This document shows, piece after piece, positions 27,275 through 40,894 of a stretch of 64,000 nt of DNA. Origin of the DNA: Octopus sinensis (lineage: Eukaryota); the NCBI RefSeq assembly GCF_006345805.1, contig NC_043001.1:100688001-100752000 (forward strand). Direction: 5' to 3'. The stretch's first letter is position 1. The number at the start of each line of letters is the position of its first letter. A program made the position numbers and the translations under genes. Under the pieces are notes generated by a model that saw nothing but the letters and a program-made list of their open reading frames with translations, did no database searches and was not told the origin of the DNA.

Positions 27275-27473
27275 TGATGATTAAATTGCTGTTGATGATA
27301 AACAATTATTAACTTCCCAATCACCATTTTGTTTTTTTGTTCTTTTATATGAATAATAAACTATATGTTTTTATAGATAGCTATTATCTTAAGGAAATTA
27401 ATTCCCCCAAAATATTAAATATTGAACCTTGGATGAAACTATCCCTTCATGAGGTTAACACAACCTCTAATCG

Positions 27474-27515
<42 letters not shown>

Positions 27516-28189
27516 TATATATATATAGGTGAGAGAGTTGGTTTGTGAAAGCACGTGGTTGAATATATAGAAAATAGTAAAAAGTGAAAAAAACTACAGA
27601 AGGCTTGTTTTAAAAGGTTAAAAAATATATATTTGAGTCAATATGTCTGAAGAATGTTATAAATTTTTTTCATATATATAAAATAAAATAAAATAAAGTA
27701 AATATATAAATATATACACACACACATCCATGTTAATATCAAACAGGGAGAATAAGTGCTCATGATGGAGACGAGTACCAATTGTCCCACTGAAATAGCA
27801 TAGAATATTGGTTTCATGCTTTTCTTATAATTGTTATGTTGCTCTAATTCAGTTCTGTTCTGACTTGGTATCGTACTGAGTTTGATGACTTTGCGTTGTT
27901 TAGTAAAAGTCTTTGTATTTTGTTAATTTGTACAAATAACAGTTCTTCTCATTTGCACACTGCTTTGTTTTTGCAGTTTTGGATTTTGGGCTTCTGCTTT
28001 AATCAGTAGGTATTTTTGAGTATATATTGCACACATGTTCACTGCAATATTGCTGGGCCAATCTTCACATGGATTATTCTGTATTAAAATATAACAATTA
28101 AGATCTAAACAGTTAACACAGGAATTCGAAAGAGAAAGTTGAATAACTGTAAACCTACTTTTGGATCACCCTGTATACTGTTTTATTCA

Positions 28190-28394
28190 TCTCAGTCATT
28201 TGACTGTGGCCATGCTGGAGCACTGCTTTTAGTCGAGCAAATCGACCCTAGGACTTATTCTTTGTAAGCCTAGTACTTATTCTATCTGTCTCGTTTGCCG
28301 AACTGCTAAGTTATGGGGATGTAAACACACCAGCATTGGTTGTCAAGTGATGTTGAGGGAACAAACACAGACACACAAACATACACAGATGCAT

Positions 28395-28400
<6 letters not shown>
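28190..28400 (-). mobile_element. SINE family A, 3' half
   Basis: Reverse complement match to 26260-26445. Confidence 0.85.
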
Positions 28401-28426
<26 letters not shown>

Positions 28427-28436
28427 CTTTTTTTTT

Positions 28437-28827
28437 TTTACTCTTTTTTACTTGTTTCAGTCAGTTGACTGCGGCCATGCTGGAGCACCGCCTTTAGTCG
28501 AGCAACTCGACCCCGGAACTTATTCTTTGTAAGCCCAGTACTTATTCTATCGGTCTCTTTTGCCGAACCGCTAAGTGACGGGGACATAAACACACCAGCA
28601 TCAGTTGTCAAGCAATGCTAGGGGGACAAACACACACACACACACATACACACACATATATATATATATACATATATACGACAGGCTTCTTTCAGTTTCT
28701 GTCTACCAAATCCACTCACAAGGCATTGGTCGGCCCGGGGCTATAGCAGAAGACACTTGCCCAAGATGCCACGCAGTGGGACTGAACCCGGAACCATGTG
28801 GTTGGTTAGCAAGCTACTTACCACACA

Positions 28828-28828
<1 letters not shown>
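28437..28828 (-). mobile_element. SINE family A, near full-length young copy
   Basis: Nearly identical to the reverse complement of 26057-26470; CpGs retained. Confidence 0.92.
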
Positions 28829-28851
<23 letters not shown>

Positions 28852-28858
<7 letters not shown>

Positions 28859-29008
28859 GCTTTTTTCAGTTTCTGTCTACCAAATCCACTCACAAGGCTA
28901 TGGTCGGCCCGAGGCTATAGTAGAAGACATTTGCCCAAGGTGTCATGCAGTGGGACTGAACCCAGAACAATGTGGTTCGTTAGCATGCTACTTACCACAC
29001 AGCCACTC
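28852..29008 (-). mobile_element. SINE family A, 5' half
   Basis: Third tandem copy of the head segment. Confidence 0.85.
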
Positions 29009-29874
29009 TAACACCTTTATTTATTTATACATCCTTTAACTTACCCATTCCCAAAAGTTCACCTTGCTGATGGCTCATGTAGCATCTCATGACTCTTTCT
29101 GAAATCACAAACCTTTTCCATCTCTTGAAAATCTTATCCTGCCTTCATGATTATCGTTAACAGCCACACCTAGCTTACTTCTTCATTTAATGACAGTTGT
29201 TTCTAAGATTGCCATTAATTTTGATAATACAATTCCTTTTTCTGTTTTGCTGACCAGAAAGAAAATATTATTAAACTTATTTCTATTCAAACTGTGATCA
29301 ATGAGGCATGTTGTTTGTTACTGGTTGGGGATGCTGGGAGATTGATCTTGAATAGATGTCCACTTGAAATAATATTAGCACAATATAAATTCATTATTTA
29401 ATTATTTAATTATTATTAGCACAATGTGGTCAAAAGGTTTGACTCAGAAGGTTCATTCAGTCTACATAGAAAATTGAAAAACATCCTGCCAACACTATCA
29501 AAGATGGATTTACTACAACTACTACTACTACTACTACTACTACTGCTACTACTACTACTACTACTGGCATCAAATACCATCATTGTTTCACAGTATTGTA
29601 TTTATTTGATTTTGTCTCGTTTGATCTTTAAAATGATTTCTTTGCAAATAATAATAAATATATTAAGTCAAAATTACTGTTTAATTGCTCACTCAGATAA
29701 CTAAGTGTCTTTGATGATCTTTGCACTTAGTTCTTAGTTTCTTAAGGGTCTCTCAGTGTTTTCAAACACAACTTGTCTTCAAGTCTGCAATCTTCAGCAT
29801 TACCCATTCTCATCTGAAACAAATTTTTATCAAAATCTCCATCATTTTCTTTATCTTAGTTTTAGATCTTATTC

Positions 29875-30047
29875 ACTGCTACATAAAAAGCACTCAATAC
29901 ACTCTGTAAAGTGGTTGGCATTAGAAAGGGCATCCAGCCATAGAAACCGTTACCAAAATAGACTATGGAGCCTGGTGCAGCTCCTGGTCTTGCCAATTCC
30001 ATTCAAAGCATCCAGCTCATGCCTGCATAGAAAACAGATGTTAAATA

Positions 30048-30090
<43 letters not shown>

Positions 30091-30152
30091 CGATGACGAT
30101 GACGACGACAACGACGACGACGACGACGATGATGTTGATGATGATGATGATG
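29875..30152 (+). mobile_element. RTE LINE 3' UTR fragment with expanded (GAT/GAC)n tail
   Basis: aaagggcatccagc motif and ~100 bp of trinucleotide tail. Confidence 0.85.
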
Positions 30153-30532
30153 ATTCAGCCTATTTCTCTCAATGTTTTTGGCAGTGCTACAATGTATTCT
30201 TTTAATCACTCTATGCCATCATGCCATACTCTGGAGTGTTTTTCCAAATCATCAAATATTTCTTGCTGATATCCCGGGTCACCTCTTTTCTTGCTGACCT
30301 TTGATCACCAGCATTCTAGCCATGATTATCTAAACTTTTCCCATGTGTCTAAGAATGCTATATTCTTTGTTTCCTTCCATTTTTCAAGATGGTTAGATAG
30401 AACTTGATGAATATTTAACTATTTCTAAAAGATCAAGCAACTCCTTAGAAACCTCTATTTAAGATCAACACTCCTAAGGTTCCCCTGCAGTCAGTCTGTG
30501 CCCCAAGTTAGTGTGTGCCCTAAAGTGATATC

Positions 30533-30763
30533 TATTTCTTTACTACCCACAAGGGGCTAAACACAGAGGGGACAAACGAGGACAGACAAATAGTTTAAGT
30601 CGATTACATCGACCCCAGTGCATAACTGGTACTTAGTTTATCAACCCCAAAAGGACGAAAGGCAAAGTAGACCTCGGTGGAATTTGAACTCAGAATGTAG
30701 TGGCAGACGAAATACGGCTATGCATTTTGCCTGGCGTGCTAACGATTCTGCCAGCTCGCCGCC
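30533..30763 (-). mobile_element. SINE family B, full length with TSD
   Basis: Reverse complement of the 62741 copy. Direct repeat cctaaagtgata at 30519-30530 and 30766-30777. Confidence 0.92.
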
Positions 30764-33604
30764 CTCCTAAAGTGATACCTGCTCTGTCACACAGCCTTCT
30801 TATATGTGTTTCCAACTAGTGTTCAATTCTTACTGGATAACATGGCAGTTATCCACGGAAATATATGATGGCTTCTGAGGAATATAACATACAGGATGGA
30901 AATTTAACTGCATAATGAAGTTGAATTGACATTATAGAAGAATGATTTAATTTTGATCAACAGAGAGGTTTCAAATGGCTTTTGGATTGACTTGAGTGGA
31001 GAAAAGATTCTTGTTTCATAGCAAGGAAGTGACTCGATTCTAGACTAAATGATAACCTAATAAAATGTGGCTAACAACTGAAAAGTGAGTCTATTACTGA
31101 AAAAGTGAGATATTTACGGCTTGATAAAAGGTGACTGACAAAAGAGACTTTAGAGGTACGTTGTATGAGTGAAGAAACAATGTTTGACTCATAAAAGCTT
31201 CTTGGAAAGAAAGAATGAATTTTTTTAATACTTAGAATGAGAGAAGCCAAAGTAGGGATAGAGAAGCAAAGCAAGAATGAACACGAGTGTGTGCGCTGTA
31301 GGAGAGCTTATGTATCTAAGTGGCATACTTTAGAGCTAGAAAGAGAGGAAAAGGGAATGACTGAAGGCAAGAAAAATTTCATGGTAAGACACATGCCAAA
31401 GAAAACCATTAATATAAAGGTAGAGAAAAGCTTTGTGAAAATCCTATTGAATTTATTAAGTGACAGAGCAGGTGTTCTCCTTCAGATATAGAGGAGATAA
31501 TCTGTTGCTTTTCAATTATTCAACAGTGGTGACAAATCTGTTACTTTTATGAAAGTCGTATCAGAGGCATCCTTTCGGAGACAATAAGCTTTCATTACAT
31601 CAGAAGCAAAAATATTTCCACTGTTTAGCATTTCACCATTTTCTCAGTTTTAGCATCATGTTGAACTTGGTTTAGTTGCTTTCTCATATAGACTATTTTC
31701 TAGTTCTTTTGATTAATTATCGAATTAATATTTGTCTTTTAACAGTTTTAAAATTTCATCACATAAGTTATTTCATCAATTAACTCAATGTTTTCTCACC
31801 TGAAACTTCCTCCACTTACAGGTGAGTCATTTTTTCCCATTCCCTTGTTCTACCTCATTACAGTCTTATCGTCTTCTTCCATCTACTTTCCTTATTACTG
31901 TATTATTTCTCATACACATGTATCTCATCTATTTTATTTATCATTCATCTTTTCCCCCATGTATCACTCACTCCTACTTTTTCTCCTTCCTTTACTCCTC
32001 ATAATACAAAAACAAACTACAATGCAAATTTCTTTTTTTTTAGGCAATAATTTATGACAATCGAAAACTGCTGCTCAAATTCTTTTACTTTTTAGAAATT
32101 TTGGCACCAAAATTGTACTTCAATCCACTATTATGATTAAAAGATTTTTAAAAAATGCTTATTCATATTTTTAGTGAAATGTGAATTGTAAAATTATTGA
32201 GGTAAAAAACATCCAAGATAAGATGTAAATACACTAACACACACACACACATATGCATGCACACATACACATGCATGCACACACTCACACACACATATGA
32301 ATACATATACACACAAAAATATACTCACAAAAACATATGCACACATACACTTGAGACAATGTTGTAACTCCTATGTGGCTACTTGAAGTGCATGAAATAA
32401 CAGTGAAATCTTCTTCAAATCACACTCTGCTGTCTTAAATAACAAGGGACATGTTGAACAAAATGAAATGTAATAAATGTGATGGTCATGGCTAGAACCT
32501 TCTTTTTTTTATCAGCTTGTGATTACTGCATTTGCAATAAGTTTAAAGATTCTAATCTGAAATATGTAGCTTGTCTTCCACAGTTATTTTTGTCAGTCTT
32601 TCACTTACACACCCAATTGAATATATATACACCGACACACTTCTTAACTACATGAAAATCTTGGTTCCCTTTCAATTTGGCTTTGTTTAGCCATTACTCA
32701 TCTTTTGAATATAATTCTACTGGCCATCCATGCCAGCTACAGCCAAAACCACTCAACAACATTTAGAGAAGCCAATAAACAGTGCGAATCAATTTGTGCC
32801 AAAATGTAAAGCACTCCACCAGGAAATCAACTGGTCAGCTTGATGCTATTTTTTCATTGGTTATAACTGACCAATCAGCAACTGCTCTGTGACTTCTCTC
32901 CTGAGCTTCTCTTGCAGTATTTAATGGAGCTACTGATAAAAATCAGCTCAGAGCTCTGGGAAAAACTGGTACTAGTCAGCTGCTGGTTACCTAGCACATA
33001 TTAGCACAAACATATACATATCCAGTCTGTTATTAGTCCATTGTATCTGGTTTTTGTAAACTTCTGAACATTGAGGCAAACTACAAACTTGTTGACTTTC
33101 GAATACAACTCATTTGAATCCATCGTTTATTTTTGTTTACTTTAAAAACCTGCTCCGTCTGTATTGGTTGGACTGGTCTCCTCGACTTCATTGATGCTTT
33201 CACTATGTTTTAACTGAAACATAAGGAAAGAAACAATCAAGGTGAGGATAAGGGTCCAACCAGTGCAAATATGTACATAATAGTCTCACATTTCAGAAAT
33301 ATAGAATTGTGTAAATTTAAAAAAAAAATGTTTGGTGATTTAGACATTCAAAAACTGTGAAGAGCAATTTCGTTTCTGTGTGGTACAGTCTATCAAATCC
33401 TGAGCCAAAGAGGAATCTTTTAAAGGATCATTTACCTTGCAAGAAATGGCAGCCAAATTTTATAAAAAAGAAGCTTATCTCTGACTGTCTGTCTGTTCAT
33501 AACAACATCTAAACAGTTTGTCAGGAATCACATATCACCATTTTGAAGAACACACAATGTTTAATGCATGAATGTAGTTCTAGACATCTTTAATTTTTAT
33601 CTTT

Positions 33605-33808
33605 TACCGTTTACTTGTTTCAGTCATTAGACTGTGTCCATGCTGGGGCACTGTCTTAAAGAAATTTTAGTTGAAACGAAATGACCCCAATATTTATTTG
33701 TTTAAGCCTGGTATTTATTTTATTGGTCGCTTTTGCCAAACTGCTAAATTACATAAAACAACCCCAGTTGTCAAGCAGAGATGGGGGACAAACACATAGA
33801 CAAAGACA

Positions 33809-33851
<43 letters not shown>

Positions 33852-33940
33852 ATGAGCTTCTTTCAGTTTCCGTCTTCCAAGTCTTCTCACAAGGCTTTTG
33901 TCAACCCAAGGCTATAGTAGAAGACATTTGCTCAAGGTGT
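33605..33940 (-). mobile_element. SINE family A, diverged copy
   Basis: ttacttgtttcagtcatt..., central (CA)n, cttctttcagtttcc...ggctatagtagaagacatttgc. Confidence 0.8.
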
Positions 33941-34374
33941 TATGATAGAAAACTTTAAACATAGGTCAGCCTTGATCTAAAGATCTTACAAATGAACGAG
34001 ATTGCAGTTAGGATCGTTCCGTAGAGTTAGGGTTATTTTGGTCAGTATAATCTAATGTATCCTTCCACTATTTGATCTAATGTGAGAGACATGTATATAC
34101 TATTTCTAGCATTGTTCAAGACCATATGAAGGCTCTGTATTCTACGCAAAGAAGAAAGAAACAAAACATCAAATGTTTATCTTTTCAATGCTCCAGAATT
34201 GGCAAAATATTTCAACTGAGATGTTAATTGAACCAGGGAACTCTTGGCCATAAACTTGCTGTTGCAAATGGCAATTCTGCTGTCTTTACATTCACTTCAT
34301 CCACATTAGCTAAGATGAATCTGTTGTTAATGTATTGGAGTATGTCTTAATGTAAGGGAAATTTGCTGTGAGTA

Positions 34375-35003
34375 TACACATACATACATACATACATACA
34401 TACATACATACATGCATACATACATACATACATACATACATACATACATGTATGCATGCATGCATGCATGCATGCATGCATACATACATACATACATACA
34501 TACATACATACATACATACATACATACATACATGTATGCATGCATGCATGCATACATACATACATACATACATACATACATACATACATACATACATACA
34601 TACATGTATGCATGTATGCATGCATGCATGCATACATACATACATACATACATACATACATACATACATACATACATACATACATACATACATACATACA
34701 TGTATGCATGCATGCATGCATACATACATACATACATACATACATACATACATACATACATACATACATACATGTATGCATGCATGCATGCATACATACA
34801 TACATACATACATACATACATACATACATACATACATACATACATGTATGCATGCATGCATGCATACATACATACATACATACATACATACATACATACA
34901 TACATACATGTATGCATGCATGCATGCATACATACATACATACATACATACATACATACATACATACATACATACATACATACATACATACACATACATA
35001 CAT
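34375..35003. repeat. (CATA)n/(CATG)n compound microsatellite with higher-order period
   Basis: (cata)n blocks separated by catgtatg(catg)n about nine times. Confidence 0.95.
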
Positions 35004-35832
35004 ATAACTGCGCCTGTAACATACTGTGTATATATTTGTTATACATGCACTTCGAAAATCCTGGGTCATTAATAAATTGTAGCACATAAACACATGCATG
35101 CATACTCACACACACATGTGTACATAGATACATTCACAGATACACACGTGTGTATGTATATATCTACCTATCTATATATATGTGTGTGTATTTTATATAA
35201 ATATATATGTACACTCATATGAACATTCTAAATAAGAGGCAGATGGAAACATGGAATATTATTAATAATAATATAATAATATAATATATAAATATAGTAA
35301 ATTAAAGCAGAAACAATAAGACCAAAAATTAAAAGATAGTAACATATTCTGGAATCTAACCAAAATGGCTAACTGAAAATATTTCAATATTGAACTGCAA
35401 ATTGTAAAATGTCAGAATAGTAAAGAAACAATAAATTTTGAAGATTCTAGAACAGAAAGAGAGAGAGAGCAGGTGGTAACTGAAGAATTTTATATTACCA
35501 ACAGCTGGATTAAGCTGATATATTGACTTGTACAAGATGGTAGAGGTGGAAGGGCTGAAGATGAAGTATAGAGACAAAATATGAAAAAAATGAAAAACTT
35601 GGATATCTAATTAACTTGCTAAAACAATATCAAGAAATCCCATTTGTTTAAGTTTCAATGTGCTCTTGGTTTTTGAGTGTTGTTTTTGTTTTACGATTTT
35701 GACTTTGATTGTTTTTGAATCTATTGCCTAAGGGAACTGTTAGTTGCTTTGTTCTGATTTTTAGATTAACACATATATAAATGCATATGAATGTATGTAC
35801 ATATGTATACCTATATGTATATATATGAGTGA

Positions 35833-35865
<33 letters not shown>

Positions 35866-35883
35866 TATACACACACACATATA

Positions 35884-35926
<43 letters not shown>

Positions 35927-36928
35927 TATATATACATATATTCATCCACACATACATACATATCATACATACACACACACACACATATATATATATATAT
36001 GCGTTCGTAAGTACAAATATGTAAACATATATTCATACATATGTATATACATAAATATATATTGTATCTATATTATCATATTATATTGGATATAATATTT
36101 CTGTGTGTGTATGCATATAAATGTATTCTTTATTGTGTGCTTGTGTGTGTGTGTGTGTGTGTGGGTCTGCATGTGTGGGTGGGTGTTTGCATTCTGTGTT
36201 TTACTTTGAATGTGTGTGTACGTTGCTGTATTAATATTGTTCAAACTTGTTAAATGTAGAATGAAGAAAAGCTAAAAGAGAGAAAATATGATAAAATCCT
36301 CACAAATCAAGAAATGGAAACTGTTTTATAATTTATAAAAGAGTAAATAACTAAAAGCAGCTATTTTAGATCAAATCCATCGAATGAATGGTAGCATGGT
36401 ATTGTAGTCCATTTGCTGTGAGTTCTAATCTAATTTGTTGATATGAACATGATGCCAATTCATTTAAAGCCGAAGTCTTTTTCTGATGACTAAATTCCCA
36501 TGAAAGAAGAAAGATACCATTTACCAGTAATTGAGATACAAAATGCAAAAAGGAACACATCTGGAATCAAATAATCTATTTCTGTCTTAACCTGTTATTC
36601 TAAGGATTGTATTTGAATCCACAATTTGAGTTTGTTTGCAGGTGAAGACGAGTGAATAGTTCTGGTGAATTGTAGAATTAATGCCTTTCTGTTCTACCTT
36701 TTCAAAATTTCGAACTGAAAAATACAAACCATTTAGATGGCTTGCAAGATGGAGCATGCTTGAGTTTCCATCACTCAAGTGACCTTGAAAAATAATCATA
36801 AGAAAGGTTTTTGGCAACGACACAAAATGGCAACATGATGACAGGCAAAAGTATAAAGTATATAATTCCATTGTGAAGAATGAATTGAGAAGAATTCAAT
36901 GTTTCAAACAGTGGTATTTAATCAACAA

Positions 36929-37150
36929 GGCAGCAAGCTGACAGAAACGTTAGCACGCTGGGCAAAATGCTTAGCAATCTGTTGTTACGTTCTGAGTTCA
37001 AATTTCACCGAGGTTGACTTTGCCTTTCATCTTTTCGGGGTCGATTAAATAAGTTCCAGTTATGCACTGGGGTCGATATAATCAACTTAATCCATTTGTC
37101 TGTCCTTGTTTATCCCCTCTGTGTGTAGCCCCTTGTGGACAGTAAAGAAA
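36929..37150 (+). mobile_element. SINE family B with 14-bp TSD
   Basis: Matches the 62741 copy. tggtatttaatcaa at 36912-36925 and 37152-37165. Confidence 0.92.
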
Positions 37151-37310
37151 TTGGTATTTAATCAAGTACCCAGTAAAATGCTTCATAAAAAGGGATTTCA
37201 TTTATAGTGAAGGAAGCATGGGGAATAGATGGAATAGAAGTAAGAGATTCTTAGTTTTTAGCACAAAACATAAGTGAAATGAGAAGAGAAAGGCTTATGA
37301 ATGTGTTTAA

Positions 37311-37494
37311 CTCTTTCACATTGAGACAGGCTTTTCTGGCTCAGATGTTTTACTTGGTTTACATCAAAGCTGGCCAGATATGGCCTATCACGCCTATTCT
37401 ACAGTGTCATTCTAGAATGAAGTAATACATAATTATTTCCAAACAATGTGAATAAATAATTACATTTAACAGAGTAATCTGAATGCTAAAGAAG
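37311..37494. mobile_element. TTAA-flanked (piggyBac-like) MITE
   Basis: ttaa|ctctttcacatt ... aatgctaaagaag|ttaa: imperfect short TIRs with TTAA on both sides. Confidence 0.4.
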
Positions 37495-37734
37495 TTAAGA
37501 GTGCATTACACATATGTGTGTGTTTACACATGTTTGTATGTGTGTATATATATGTATATATATATCTAGGCAAGTGTGTTTGAGTTTGTTGTTGTTTTTT
37601 TTGTTGTTCTTCATTGAGTGTTACTGTCCAAAATCTTAGATTCCCTTCTATTTGTACTCTGCTGCGTAATTCTATAGCTTTGTACTCTTGTCTAATGTTT
37701 TGTTTTTGATATTCCTAGAAACTCTAAGGGGGGG

Positions 37735-37930
37735 GGGGCAGAGTCATTATTGCAGCAGGGGAAAATGCTTGATGACATTCCTGTCAACTTTACATTCTCA
37801 GTTGAAATTGTGCCGACTTTGCCTTTCATCCTTTCTGGATCTAAGAAATAAATACCAGTTATACACTGGTGTCAAGGTATCGACTTATCCCCTTCCCCAA
37901 AATTGCTGGCCTTGTACCAAAATTTGAAAT
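37735..37930 (+). mobile_element. SINE family B variant, diverged
   Basis: gactttgcctttcatcctttc..ataccagttatacactgg..aattgctggccttgtaccaaaatttgaaa. Confidence 0.7.
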
Positions 37931-38399
37931 CGCTATTTCTTGAGTCACTTAATTATTCTATCATTTTGCTTACATTGACTCAAGAATAAACGTTTTGAAG
38001 TTTGAGTAAGAAAATGTTGAGCTGCTGAGCTTTGTTGGTAATAAAAGATTTTCATTTTTGCGCTTCTTCGATTTTTGTCTTTGTGAAAAAGTGATACAGC
38101 TTTGTAGTGCGACATGTGCAAGAAATGTCAAAGATTTGAAGATTAGGATTATGAACTGTTAAATGCACAATGTTAATTTCCATGTTGGGAAAGAATAAAC
38201 TGAGTGAATGAGCTGACTGAGTTGATGAAAACTGGAGACACTTGGCCAATGTGAGTAAAAGAGATGACTGGTGGTATACTGTACTGCATATGTCCCCGAC
38301 CCATTTTACTGAGTGAAAACAGAAGATTTCAAATGAACTGATAGTTTAATCCACTAACATCAAGGAAATGGGTATCTTACTAATTATGTAGTAATTAAA

Positions 38400-39400
38400 A
38401 AATTCATCTGGATTAACAGAACAGCTTAAGTTTTGGCCTTTACTTTCTGCAGCATAACACTTTCCCTTATATTCATGCAAAAAAAGTAAAAGCCATTCAA
38501 ATTTTCATCCTACATCTCAAAATTTTATCCAGAATTATTTCAATATATCACTGAAGTCTCTAATAATCCATTTGCTGCCGGGAAGTTTTAATGTAAGCTT
38601 AATTGTTGTATCCTTCTGAATTCTTGTAACCAATTCTGTTACTTCCTTTTACTCACTGCAATTCAAGTTACCATTATCTCTTCAAATTTATCCTACTTCT
38701 GAGTGAAGCTAGAGTGCTTCTTTCCCAGCATTTAATTCTCAACTCAACAAACTAGAGATACAAACTCAACAAACTTGATGCTACTTACAATATCATCAAG
38801 AACAGATTTAAGACCTAGAGGCTGTATCTTCAAACATAATACATTATGTAATTTTCAATTTAATTGATATTTCACATTCTTGCTAAAAATACAACTCTAC
38901 ATCTCATCTTAATTCCATCAGTCGTGTAGTTACCATTTACCAAGAAAAACCTAGTCTGAAAATATATTCGATACATTATCTATCACAGTATCATTCAAGA
39001 AGTCTTCTTTCAAACCTAAATCATTGACGTATCTTTCATATTACAAACAAAAGAATCTTTAAGCTGGATGATAATGAGCCTTTTTGATTTTTAATACGAC
39101 AATTTTCTGTTTTCAATATCATCCGGCATGTTGGATAATTTTTAATGAATTGTTTCATTGAACAATGACAGAGTTTTCAGTTTCTTTGCTGTATTTTCTC
39201 CCAACATACAATCAACAATATCTTTGCAGCAGGGCAAGTTCAAAGCTTTAGGGATTGTAAGGGATTTCTTATTTTCAGCAATTCCCAGAACGATGATATG
39301 AAAACCAAGATAAACTTCATTTTGTTGATATATCTGACCTAAAGTTGCATAAATTTCACATCAAATACTTTCTGTTCCAAATAAAACTGTTCTTTGTTAA
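38400..39400 (-). pseudogene. hAT Buster/ZBED5-type transposase relic
   Basis: Minus strand reads AENKKSLTIPKALNLPCCKDIVDCMLGENTAKKLKTLSLFNETIH*KLSNMPDDIE (cf. KKPHTIGE.LILP..DIV..MLGE..AKKL..IPLSN.TI.RRI..MA.DIE). It also gives LKSVLDDIVSSIKFV and L*LHSEVG* (cf. LL.HTEVRWLSRG). Confidence 0.8.
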
Positions 39401-40149
39401 TCAGATTAAGATGATTGGCTGAAAAATGCCATTTTAGGATGTTTTAGGCTTCAATGAATCCTGAGTGGTTTCATGAAACTTTTATGAAACACAACAAATT
39501 ATGGGAAACCATATTTTCAGTTTTAACCAAGTAAAATGAAATTCCACGTGTAATCATTGTACTTTCCAATCAAATTATCCATGTACTAAAAAGCACTAAA
39601 AATGTATGAAATGTTTTGGGAATGCAAAATTTATTGGTTTCTGGCACAAAATACAACTTGTTGGGAGAAGTAGTTAAGACAAAAAAGGTACTGAAGACAA
39701 ATATATCAAATAAAGTACAAAGTACAGTGATGGAGCTTGTCAAGTGGATGTCAGGTGTACAAGAGACCCAAGTTGTAGCTTGTTAGTTGAAATTATTTCA
39801 AAGTTCCACTATTTATACAAAACTTGAACAAACCTTTAGAAGTAAGGGTACTCCTGTTTAAGGGCCCCTGTTCTACCTGATTGCTTGACCTGAAGCAATA
39901 CCCAATTTTCTCTCAAATCACACAAATACATTCTTAAGAAAATGAAGCATTCATAAGACAATGCTGTTATAGGCATTCCAAAAGTTGGGATGGTCACAGT
40001 TGAAATATCTTTGGTAATAGATCTGTTTAAGTGAGGGCTGAGCTGGGTTAAGCCTCATCAACAACATCTGTCTGGATTTCTGAATGTGATCAAACAATCA
40101 ATGAGTATTCCTTGATAAAGTCATTCTAAAAATGTGCATCAATGCTACT

Positions 40150-40520
40150 AAATCTAGAGCACTCTCTCCTTTTACTCATCCGGTGGAACATCTGGATATT
40201 TATTAAGACTTGATATCAAATTTCACTGACCATGTCAATATTTATTGTCATTCTAATCTTTATCTCAGGAAATTAACAAACTTGTCTCTTTCTCGTAGTG
40301 GAACTCATTCTCTTACTTTGATTACTTCCTGATTAGATATGTATAGTTCTTTGTTCGCCTTGGTAGGTCAAAGATCAATAAATCATGTCCAAAATGCTGC
40401 AGTGTATCTGGATCAATATAGATCAGAAGATAATATTAAAAACTTATGTTAATGATATATAAATGTCTTCATGGCATTGTTACTGCTGATATTTCAAATC
40501 ATTTTCATATTATGATGAAC
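40150..40520 (+). pseudogene. L2-clade LINE RT relic
   Basis: Fragments: FTDHVNIYC..YLRK..LITS*LDMYSSLF..HVQNAAV..KLMLMIYKCLHG (cf. SRLDYCNSL..QNAAA..YKALHG). Confidence 0.6.
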
Positions 40521-40894
40521 TTATCAACTTGCATTGCACCTGACCTCATGTTCAAACTGCCAATATACAACGACAAGGATAGTTTTTCTTCCACACTCAT
40601 CATTTCTATTGAAATGCTCTTTCGGTTTATCTAGATTAATTTATTCGAGAACATGCTATTCAGTGATTTCTTCTTCTCTTCTTCAAAAGTTTGTTACATC
40701 AGTTGGCATTCTTTAATATATTTTTAATTCTCATCTCAAATCAAATCTTTAATCTGCTTCCAATCAATTCCCCACAGTCATAATTTCCTCTCTTTCCATT
40801 CAGCTTTCAGACAGGTTTGCTCGTGTGAATGTTGTGGAAATAAGTGAACAATAGAATTTAGTTTGCCCTTACCTTGGCCCATGAGTTTTCAATG

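Larger units (their letters stand above)
26915..27350. repeat. Long imperfect inverted repeat (~205-bp arms, 20-nt spacer), probably inverted Penelope pLTR pair
   Basis: 26915-27120 is the reverse complement of 27141-27350, e.g. gaagttaataattgttt/aaacaattattaacttc, ccttacagctgtttcaattaat/attaattgaaacggctgtaagg, tttatggatt/aatccataaa. Confidence 0.92.

Noticed and set aside
27750-28100. Possible decayed hammerhead (catgatgg..gaaatagcata) and weak GIY-YIG-tail-like minus-strand peptide
   Set aside because: Core nucleotides are mismatched and the peptide similarity is too weak.
31000-31500. Possible LINE 3' relic (HSFFPR on the minus strand)
   Set aside because: Only one short motif; too degenerate to call.
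34310-35133. ORFs rich in YI/HT/CV/MYVC here and throughout the window
   Set aside because: These are translations of microsatellites.
36366-36871. Two non-repetitive minus-strand ORFs (64 and 94 aa)
   Set aside because: No recognisable domain or splice structure; lengths are compatible with chance.
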